Assembly (NCBI GenBank): GCA_963765495.1 | Contig: CAVXWP010000007.1 | Location: forward strand, 672,001 to 736,000 | Direction of reading: 5' to 3' | Source: Blastocatellia bacterium | GTDB taxonomy: Bacteria > Acidobacteriota > Blastocatellia > UBA7656 | Length of the DNA stretch: 64,000 nucleotides | Part shown: one piece after another, positions 57,201-64,000 of the stretch | Layout: the number at the start of each line of letters is the position of its first letter | Position numbering within the stretch: the stretch's first letter is position 1 | Notes under the pieces: model-generated | The model's database searches: none | What the model was told of the DNA's origin: nothing | Seen by the model: only the letters and a program-made list of their open reading frames with translations | Translations under genes and position numbers: made by a program

Positions 57201-57433
57201 GCAACTATGGTCGAGGCCCCGGCACGCGAGCCATAGACTTGAGAGCTTCCAGGACATTTTCTCTCGGCGAGCGGTTCAAGTTTCGCCCCGCGATAGATGT
57301 TTTCAATCTGTTCAACAATACGATTTTCAGTTACGGGTCTGAATTTATAGACCGTGACGATCAGGATTTTTTGATCCCGCGACGCACGCAACGCCCGAGG
57401 ACGATTCAACTCAATATAAAGGTTTCTTTCTGA
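54269..57433 (+). CDS. TonB-dependent receptor, Oar-like, with carboxypeptidase-regulatory-like N-domain
   Basis: NNITIDGLDNND, AEYGRASGG.IN, FVQDEWRV, SPRIGIAWD, DVFNLFN, terminal F. Confidence 0.93.
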   Translation: MTPVSLFCKSVFLFCVSLTCFGSAVPTHSDDLDNIVFEGAVRDGNGSVIEQAVVLARHLTTGIERSSVTDAEGRYRIVVTEPGNYRLKVTADGFTQKESSDIAVTTGRSVSINFTLAPSGVSEQVTVEASTAALIDTTRTVVGDTVTRAEIDSLPLINRDPLDLVFLLGGVSEAPLSTSNLADEGRGVFLRNAPEEAGIFSLTGAPATSNNITIDGLDNNDDRAARERIPLDPETIAEVQIITNQYAAEYGRASGGRINIRTRGGANRYRGESLMFFADESLNANTYFRNARGFGRVPQQRLRESLNFSGPLKRDKHFFFANFERLDVSDFTEIRTFVPVESNPLFPLPSPNHPIEPGSLVGLLDYAISTPETRNLVGVRTDFNFDQSHNATIRFDILRGANLRGFPGGSRLAETALVQGRDSDSIGASDNLILSSRLINQARFQFSRLLPRVSADSDLVGVVIEEPSRIVAGSFTGSASSPGFAREEKRIQLQDTLSITSGAHQVKTGGDIQLLRATFTDLFATGGEFTFETLDDFLVNRPARFRQRFDTESRQKNNVIGLFVQDEWRVRPDLTVSLGIRWDDETILNDRDNLSPRIGIAWDPLGGKLAGNRAGKTVLRAGLGLFYNRALLRTLDDFSLGKTSVLIDSDITPALLPDVDFPEPVTNRALVEEFGIRETSFLRRVSPDIEIPYTLQSGFGFERQLKGRVVVTADYIFTRGAHLWRESNINAPVLPAGFESFTEYLLGRDFDNRRDVNGRRPVSGANADVVRFDLGASTSTTPGSIRTVNGVRLLTLGLNVPRSSNIAAALNAIRFLRPDPTLTQVELLEATGNSFYHGSIFAVRGAMGHLARFRASYTLSKLIDEGTTNTASPQDLSDRRAERALSLQDQRHRFTVSGSLQIPLMRVELAPVVSFGSSKPFNIGSGVDRNLNDIQNDRPNFISAISPPLWRRPGSETAEDVKSALILAPIGTSGNLPRNYGRGPGTRAIDLRASRTFSLGERFKFRPAIDVFNLFNNTIFSYGSEFIDRDDQDFLIPRRTQRPRTIQLNIKVSF

Positions 57434-57451
57434 ATTTGCCTACCCAGGATG

Positions 57452-57571
57452 GCGTGATGCGTTCACGTGATGCGTGATCCGTGATCCGTGACTCTTGAGT
57501 AGGACGCCTGTCAAAGTGAACTTACACATCAGGTGAATCACACATCAGGTGAATCACGAATCACGGATCAC
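57452..57571. repeat. GTGATGC/GTGATCC heptamer element with conserved core
   Basis: Core 57487-57541 matches 59395-59449 at 47 of 55 nt. Confidence 0.85.
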
Positions 57572-57574
57572 TCA

Positions 57575-59245
57575 TCAGACTGGCAATTTCTGTTTTTGCA
57601 AATCCTGCGGTTTCTCGGCGGGTTTCGCAGGAGGAGGAGCCCAGGTATTACGAAATTCCAATCGCTTCCGGCATTTCTCAAGCCCTGTTTCTATGCGGAA
57701 GCCGAGCGGGCCTTGCGGGTCGAGGGCCTTACCCATCTCAAAGAGCGTCAGCGCCCGCTTGTTATCGTGAACGGCAAGCGCCGCCTCGCCCCCCTGCACG
57801 CACGCCCGCGTGGCCAATTTGTTATCGGGATATGCCTTTGCCAGTCGCTCATATTCCACCGCCGCTTCTCGATTCATCTCCGCTTCAAGCAGATAATCAC
57901 AGATCGTAAGCCAGTCCTGTATGGCAATACGCGGCGCGATCTGGTCATCGGGGAAGGCAGACAATAGATTGTCGTATGAGTAAAGCGCGGCCTCTTTATC
58001 GTTGTTCGCCAGATGATGACGGATGAGGCGACCATACATCGCGTTGAGCTGATCCAGGTTCATCGTTCGCTGATAAACCTGGATCAGTGCAAGTATTGTG
58101 TCGGGGTCGTTGGGGAATTTGATGATATGGGCCTTGAGCTTGCGCTCCGCCAGTTCGATATCGCCCTTGTCGAGCAGGTCCAGCGCCTGCGTGACAACGG
58201 GTGCTGCCGCAAACGAAACCTTGGCCTCTATTTTGGGATTGATATATAACTCTTCGGCCTTTGACCCCTTCATCATCAGGGCAAAGGCTACGCCGAAGAG
58301 AAACCCCGCTATGTGCGCCGAATAAGCCACTCCCGATACAAGCCCCGCCTTGTTGAAAAACCACCAGGGCAATACCTGACAGATGAAATAGAAGGGTAAA
58401 AAGATATAGGCAGCGATGTTTATTACGCCGAAGGGTTTCTTGCCGAATATCAGAAAGAGCATGCCAAGAGGCATAGTTACCCAGGCGATCTTCACCTTGG
58501 TGTTGTAGAGGCGGATCAGGAAAGCGCCCATCGTGCCCGATATTGCCCCCGATGCGCCGACCATAGGCAACGGTCCCGGATGGATGAGGTCGGGGATACA
58601 GGCAGCAACGCCGGCCAGCAGATAAAAGGCCAGGAAGGGGCCTCTTCCCCACAGGTCTTCAAGGCTGAAGCCAACGGCGAAAAAGAAGATCAAATTGCCG
58701 AATAAATGCAGCGTGCTGCCGTGTAAGAACATGGCCGTTAAAAGCTGGTACACTTTCCACTCGCCGTTCGGAGCAAGGCCATAGCGATAATAGAGGTTTG
58801 ATTCGGCGGCTTCTTTGTATTCTTTGATGATCTTATCGAATTCATTTCGTAATTTGGTTGCTTCGGCCCCCCTCAGCCAAGAGTCATACTGGCTCTTTAG
58901 GTCCGGGTCGGCGTTTAGTTGTTTCTCATAGGATTCGCTGTCATCCTTGCTGAACAACCCCACCTCTTCCAGCTTTTCGCGTATCTTTTCATCGGCAAGC
59001 ATGTGCTGGTTCTGATCAAGATACTCGGCTATATGATCTCTGGCTTTCATCAGCCGTTGTTCCTGGTCTACGGTGGAGGGAAGGGTCACATAGTAGATGA
59101 CGACGCAGGCTGCCATGATGCCAAAAGTCACCCAGGGCAATCTTCTTACAGTTGACCTCTCATTGCCTATAGGAATGAGTGTGAAGAGCGCCTGGATCGC
59201 CAGGACGATGGCCAGTGCTATGTAGAAAAGCACGATCAGTAACAT
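57575..59245 (-). CDS. Rhomboid family intramembrane serine protease with helical (TPR-like) C-terminus
   Basis: TAMFLHG..HLFGN, VGASGAI, VAYSAHIAGF. Confidence 0.92.
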   Translation of the reverse strand: MLLIVLFYIALAIVLAIQALFTLIPIGNERSTVRRLPWVTFGIMAACVVIYYVTLPSTVDQEQRLMKARDHIAEYLDQNQHMLADEKIREKLEEVGLFSKDDSESYEKQLNADPDLKSQYDSWLRGAEATKLRNEFDKIIKEYKEAAESNLYYRYGLAPNGEWKVYQLLTAMFLHGSTLHLFGNLIFFFAVGFSLEDLWGRGPFLAFYLLAGVAACIPDLIHPGPLPMVGASGAISGTMGAFLIRLYNTKVKIAWVTMPLGMLFLIFGKKPFGVINIAAYIFLPFYFICQVLPWWFFNKAGLVSGVAYSAHIAGFLFGVAFALMMKGSKAEELYINPKIEAKVSFAAAPVVTQALDLLDKGDIELAERKLKAHIIKFPNDPDTILALIQVYQRTMNLDQLNAMYGRLIRHHLANNDKEAALYSYDNLLSAFPDDQIAPRIAIQDWLTICDYLLEAEMNREAAVEYERLAKAYPDNKLATRACVQGGEAALAVHDNKRALTLFEMGKALDPQGPLGFRIETGLEKCRKRLEFRNTWAPPPAKPAEKPQDLQKQKLPV

Positions 59246-59374
59246 AAAGCTGACCTCTGGGGTTTGGCTGTGAACTTGAGGGGCAGGATGCCGATCTAAA
59301 GGCTATAAGGATTGGAGAGCGCCTTTAAAGTCAGGTGGATAATAACAAAACGCTATCAGAGGAGCAATAGTATT

Positions 59375-59470
59375 GTGATGCGTGATGCGTGATGCGTGAC
59401 TCTTGAGTAAGCCGCCTGTTAAAGCGAATTTATAAATCAGGTAAATCACGGATCACGCATCACGCATCAC
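59375..59470. repeat. GTGATGC heptamer inverted-repeat element with conserved core
   Basis: GTGATGCGTGATGCGTGATGCGTGAC...ATCACGGATCACGCATCACGCATCAC. Confidence 0.88.
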
Positions 59471-59473
59471 TAA

Positions 59474-60715
59474 TCACTCTTCAATTGCATTCTTGGATTT
59501 GGCCACAATAGAGGTGGGTATGCGTATGACGTGCTTGCCCGGAGGCGTCATCCCGCGCTGAAGCTCGGGGTTCATCTCCATCAACGTGCCGTAAGAGAGG
59601 TTGAGTTTTTTGCCGAGTGCGCGCAGATCGGTTTGCGCCGCGATGGTGCGCGTCTCATATTTGTAAGGATAGGCTTCGGGTAGCTCGAAGCCGTACTTCT
59701 CCGGGTTTTTCGCTATAGTTACGACGGCCAGAATCGCAGGTACGTAATTGCGCGTCTCTTGCGCTATGGTTCCGCTGCGATGAATCTGCCAGAAATCGCG
59801 GCTGTGGGTTCGAGCTATGGCCGAATCGATATTGCCCTCGCCCGTATTGTAAGCCGCAAGCGCCAGCATCCAGTCCCCGTTATAGCGAGTGGCCAGCCAC
59901 TTCAGATACTTTGCGGCGGCGCGGGTCGATTTTTCCGGGTTCGAGCGTTCATCAATCCAGTAGTTCTGCGCAAGCCCGAATCTGGAGCCGGTCGAAGATA
60001 TGAATTGCCAGATGCCTCTTGCCCCGGCCCACGATTGCGCGTAAGGGTTCCAGCCCGATTCTACCTGTGCCAGCCAGACCAGGTCCGTAGGCACGCCCTC
60101 TTCCTTAAAGACGCGCTCGGCCATCCGGCGGAATCGGGCAGAGCGTTGCAGACCCGCCTCCATCGTTACGCGCCCGCGCCCCTTTGTGAAATAACTTATA
60201 AACTGATTGACCGGGTGGCCCGCCGTAAATTTGAAATTGAATCGTGCTTCCGCAATCTCATCCGCATCGTCGCCCGTCTCTTCCAGATCAGCGTCCGATA
60301 GCGACGCGATCTTGTCGAGCGGCGAAGGCTCGTAACGTTGCTCGCTGAAGCCGCCGTCTTTTTGTTCGAGCGCGGCAATTTGATAGCGGTTGATTCTTTC
60401 GATCAATTCGCGATAGTAGACTCGCAGGCGGTCGTCGCTTCTGACATCTATCGAGGCTACAAAAATAATATCTACCGCGCGGTCGAATTCCTGCCGGGCC
60501 AGATCGTATTCGTTTCTATCGTATGATTGCTCACCCTGCTTGTAATGCCTTTCGGCCTCGTTGATGATCTGAGTGATTTCCGATTGTTTGATGCCAAGAG
60601 CAGAACTGTTGTCATCCGGGCCGTACGCATAGGCTGCGCCGCCCGGAAGGGATGCGGCGAAAACGGCCAAAAGAACCGCATTTATCACTGAAATCTTTAT
60701 GCTTCGTTTCCTCAT
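59474..60715 (-). CDS. MltD-like lytic murein transglycosylase
   Basis: LAQVESG, ARGIWQF, DERSNPEKSTRAAA, LAAYNTGEG, ETRNYVP; degenerate LysM. Confidence 0.92.
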   Translation of the reverse strand: MRKRSIKISVINAVLLAVFAASLPGGAAYAYGPDDNSSALGIKQSEITQIINEAERHYKQGEQSYDRNEYDLARQEFDRAVDIIFVASIDVRSDDRLRVYYRELIERINRYQIAALEQKDGGFSEQRYEPSPLDKIASLSDADLEETGDDADEIAEARFNFKFTAGHPVNQFISYFTKGRGRVTMEAGLQRSARFRRMAERVFKEEGVPTDLVWLAQVESGWNPYAQSWAGARGIWQFISSTGSRFGLAQNYWIDERSNPEKSTRAAAKYLKWLATRYNGDWMLALAAYNTGEGNIDSAIARTHSRDFWQIHRSGTIAQETRNYVPAILAVVTIAKNPEKYGFELPEAYPYKYETRTIAAQTDLRALGKKLNLSYGTLMEMNPELQRGMTPPGKHVIRIPTSIVAKSKNAIEE

Positions 60716-61080
60716 TGATTCGTATCTGCCCTTAAGACTCACTCAGGTCAAAACGCCTGTAGGGGGTATTAAGTTCGACTTTTATTATACCTGATCCCTC
60801 CGATAGGTCAGCAGTATAATTCCCAAAACAACAATTTCGCAACAGCAGACCTTGCCCCGAACGGCGAACGGCTGCAAATTTATTCTGTGTTTTTTTCGCG
60901 AAAAAGTGACATTATATATAAGGCGGAATATATAGGGCGGAAACTTCAAGAGAGCAGGGGATTAGCTTGATTGCGGCCCTTTGTGGACGACCCCCCGACA
61001 ATTTGACAGGGAGAGAGGCAAAATCGCGGTTTGCAGATTCAAACTATCCGTGGCTTATGCTATTCTAATTCACCGTTTAT

Positions 61081-62865
61081 ATGAACGAACCTCTAGATGA
61101 TCTCGATAACGTCTGTCCGAACTGCGGAAGCGGCGAAAGTGAACCTGACGCGCAATTTTGCCAGACGTGCGGCTCGCGCCTCGGGTCCCCGCTTGTATTG
61201 ACCCCGCCGCCGCCGCCGCCTTCGGATGAGGGCAAGATTGTAGCCGGGCGATTCAATATCATCTCTCTGGTGTGGACCGCGCCGACCTACAACGTCTACA
61301 GAGCGATCTCAACCGACACGCAGCAACTCTTCACGGTCATAGAACAGCAACTCGGGCCGGGTCAGCCACTGGCCGGTCTTGCCGAGATCAATGATGCGTC
61401 GGAGGTGACTCCGCCTGATGGCTCGCACGTCAAGACATCGGGCAGCCTCGAAGAAGCAGGAGCCGCCTTTGAGAGGTTCGGTTTGTTCAAACCCGTCGAA
61501 CACGCGATTGAGGATGAACATATCTTTCTGGTCTTCGAGCCTATTCAGGGCCACCCGATGGTTCACCTCGACCAGATGGACGAGAAAGAGGCTCGCGCCA
61601 TAGGGTTGCAGCTTTGCGAGCTTGCCGAGCGGTTTCATCGTCACGGATGGGTATACAACGGATTCGAGCCTTACAGCATAGTCCTGGATCAGGAAAAGCG
61701 CCCGCGTTTGATAGGCTTTGATCGCGCGCGGCAGATTGGCACACGTGTTGACTCCGCGCCGATCTATCCAAGCCGTGGCTATACGGGGCCTGAACTGTTC
61801 GAACCCGACGCCGTCTATGAAGAGACTTCGGATGTCTATTCCATAGGCGCGCTGTTGCAGTTTCTTCTCACGGGCGAAAGCCTCGGCGAAGCGGCCGGGC
61901 TTTATCCGGTGGCCACGGTCATCCCCGATTTCGAACGATTGCTTGCGCGCGCGCTGGCCGAAGACCCCGCCTCGCGCTTCCAGAGCGTTTCAGCTTTACG
62001 CACGGCCCTGACCGAGCTTAACCTGCCCGTGGTCTTGCAGTCGGGCCACTTCACCGACGTAGGGCTTGTCCGCGAATTGAACGAAGACAGCGTGCTTGCG
62101 CTCAACCTGACTCAGTACTACGAATCGGTGCAGACGCAGATAGGCGTCTATGTCGTATCGGACGGCATGGGGGGCGAGGCGGCGGGCGAAGTGGCCTCTC
62201 GCGTCACCGTGCGAGGCATAGCCGAGTGGGTGACGGAAAAACTGATATCGGCCTCGCTCAAATCAACCCGCGAAGAGAAGATAGCCGCGCCAACTCACAC
62301 GGGCGGTCTGCGTCTGGCCATTGCCGACGGCAACGATATGGCTACGACGGAGATGCTCAGGATGGCCGTCAATCACGCGAACCGCGAAGTGCTGGCCTAT
62401 GCCCGCGCAAACCCGGAGGCGCGCGGGCTCGGCGCGACAGTTACGGTAGCCATGGTCGTCGGAGACGTGCTGACCATCGCGCACGTCGGCGACAGCCGAT
62501 GTTACCTGCTTTCGCGCGACAGACTTGAGCAATTGACCGAAGATCACTCGCTTGTTCAGCGCATGGTCAACACGGGCAGCCTCTCGCGCTCTGAGGCGCG
62601 AATTCATCCTTACCGCAACGTCATCTATCGCTCGATAGGCTCGGACGAGCAGATAGAGATAGACATCATTCGGCGCAAACTCATCAACGGCGATGTCCTC
62701 ATGCTTTGCAGCGACGGGCTCAACGGCATGTTGAGCGATGATCAGATACGCGACATCCTGATGGTCAACCCGGAACCGAATCTCGCAGCAAAAGAACTCG
62801 TGGTCGCGGCCAATGCCGCAGGCGGCGAGGACAATACTTCCGTCCTCGTCGTTCGCATCGCATAA
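61081..62865 (+). CDS. Zinc-ribbon + degenerate kinase-like domain + PP2C phosphatase fusion
   Basis: CPNC..CQTC; kinase remnants GYTGPE and SDVYSIG; PP2C motifs TDVG.VRELNED, SDGMGG, VGDSR, LCSDGL, GGEDN. Confidence 0.9.
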   Translation: MNEPLDDLDNVCPNCGSGESEPDAQFCQTCGSRLGSPLVLTPPPPPPSDEGKIVAGRFNIISLVWTAPTYNVYRAISTDTQQLFTVIEQQLGPGQPLAGLAEINDASEVTPPDGSHVKTSGSLEEAGAAFERFGLFKPVEHAIEDEHIFLVFEPIQGHPMVHLDQMDEKEARAIGLQLCELAERFHRHGWVYNGFEPYSIVLDQEKRPRLIGFDRARQIGTRVDSAPIYPSRGYTGPELFEPDAVYEETSDVYSIGALLQFLLTGESLGEAAGLYPVATVIPDFERLLARALAEDPASRFQSVSALRTALTELNLPVVLQSGHFTDVGLVRELNEDSVLALNLTQYYESVQTQIGVYVVSDGMGGEAAGEVASRVTVRGIAEWVTEKLISASLKSTREEKIAAPTHTGGLRLAIADGNDMATTEMLRMAVNHANREVLAYARANPEARGLGATVTVAMVVGDVLTIAHVGDSRCYLLSRDRLEQLTEDHSLVQRMVNTGSLSRSEARIHPYRNVIYRSIGSDEQIEIDIIRRKLINGDVLMLCSDGLNGMLSDDQIRDILMVNPEPNLAAKELVVAANAAGGEDNTSVLVVRIA

Positions 62866-63043
62866 CCTTTGATCGGGCAAAGGCAGTGACGAATTTTGTC
62901 ATGCGCTACCTTCCGTAATCTGTTACCCGCATAGAACATATATCCGCTACCCTCAAGTTTCTAAATGACTTATTACTACCCTAATTGGGTCAATAGGCTG
63001 GCACGAGCATTGCTCAATTGATAGACGTAGCATAGAAAACCAT

Positions 63044-63162
63044 TAGCGGTCGGGATCACGGGGGCGATGTCGACCGCTATTAAAAAAAAAGCAGTAAGTT
63101 GAGTTTGTAATGCAAGTCCCGGAGATCGGGATGACGGGGGCCATGCCGGTTTCCGGGGCTTG
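63044..63162 (+). ncRNA. Candidate tandem-hairpin cis-regulatory element (ACGGGGGC loops)
   Basis: Hairpins 63044-63079 and 63113-63162 share the loop and a G.G mismatch; the closing pair swaps C-G to G-C. Confidence 0.55.
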
Positions 63163-63239
63163 TCTGATTGAATGAATTCCGCCACTCCGAATCGTTCCCA
63201 AGTTATCTCTTGACCCAGGAAGAAGGAAGGTATCCGACA

Positions 63240-63482
63240 ATGTTGATGAAATCCAATTTGAAAAGAGAAGTCGGTTCACTGGACATACTGATCAGCGCCA
63301 TATCCGATGAATTGACCAATCAACCTGAGCGAAGCGCGCACGCTTCTACAGAGAGCAATCTCGTCAAAGAGATGGAAGAGGCTCTTTGCGAACTGCGCCA
63401 GGCGCGTGCATACCGCAAGGTGCTGTTGAGCGTCTTCGAGAAAGAATATGACGCGGGCGAAATGAAGAATAGAGGCCACTAA
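63240..63482 (+). CDS. Hypothetical small helical protein
   Basis: AGGAAGG before ATG 63240; amphipathic helical composition; alternative TTG start at 63168. Confidence 0.55.
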   Translation: MLMKSNLKREVGSLDILISAISDELTNQPERSAHASTESNLVKEMEEALCELRQARAYRKVLLSVFEKEYDAGEMKNRGH

Positions 63483-63544
63483 AGATCAGGTGCTATCAAG
63501 CGGGCAGCCAATCGGCTCCATATTCACGGGGGGGAATATCGAAT

Positions 63545-64000
63545 ATGTCTACCATGAAACAGAGTTATCCGGGAAAATCATCAGGCTTTGTAAAATCAGG
63601 CAGCAAAGCCGCCTATCTTAACTACAACAAGAAAGATCAGATGCAATCCGCGACGATTGAAGAAGACGAAGCCGATGATCTGTCAATCACCGCGTTGGAT
63701 GATGACGCAGCCGAGGGCATCGCGCTTGAACTTGATGTGGAAGACGATAGCTCGGATGATTCAATCGAAGATGAAATCGAGGTAGACCTCTCTCTAGGCA
63801 GCAAGAACCGCACAGACGATCCGGTGCGGCTCTACATGCGCGAGATGGCAGTCGTGCCTTTGCTGACCCGCGAGGGCGAAATATCGGTTGCGCGCCGAAT
63901 CGAGCGGGGACGGCAGCGAGCCATAAAAGCGGTCTCGCGCTCGCCCATTTGCGTTGAAGAGGTATTGCAGACCGGCGACCAGTTGCGCCGCGAGAAAATC
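63545..64000 (+). CDS. Sigma-70 factor, RpoD-like (5' part, truncated by window end)
   Basis: Open frame from ATG 63545; acidic stretch then region 1.2 [34 protein letters not shown]. Confidence 0.92.
   Translation, partial: MSTMKQSYPGKSSGFVKSGSKAAYLNYNKKDQMQSATIEEDEADDLSITALDDDAAEGIALELDVEDDSSDDSIEDEIEVDLSLGSKNRTDDPVRLYMREMAVVPLLTREGEISVARRIERGRQRAIKAVSRSPICVEEVLQTGDQLRREKI

Noticed and set aside
63044-63090. Hairpin plus A-run as an intrinsic terminator
   Set aside because: The A-run is 3' of the stem on +, so on the minus strand the U-run precedes the stem; the geometry is wrong in both directions

Overview
Bacterial chromosomal window from an Acidobacteriota genome, probably Blastocatellia-like. 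Support: the 16S carries the acidobacterial signature GATCCTGGCTCAGAATC, and the window has an ADOP-type permease and an Oar-like TonB receptor. It holds a complete rRNA operon (16S, tRNA-Ile, tRNA-Ala, 23S, 5S), about 45 protein genes (ettA, msrB, dnaK-dnaJ-hspR, a type IV minor-pilin cassette, an ABC/MoxR/DUF58 cluster, two PP2C proteins, two lytic transglycosylases, a partial sigma-70 gene) and about 18 hairpin elements built from 7-9 nt tandem repeats. Main leads: (1) a TIR-FGE gene whose 3' end has the codon signature of a diversity-generating retroelement variable region, with no RT or template repeat in the window; (2) a 23S helix-45 intervening sequence made of the same heptamer inverted-repeat element found between mRNA genes; (3) a 4.5 kb AT-rich integrated islet with att-like ends encoding a secreted six-Cys peptide, a redoxin and a permease; (4) three hairpins sharing an ACGGGGGN loop, with compensatory covariation, upstream of a sigma-70 gene; (5) repeat hairpins that, when folded, bring stop codons next to SD-less start codons. 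All calls were made by eye from motifs; no database searches were run.
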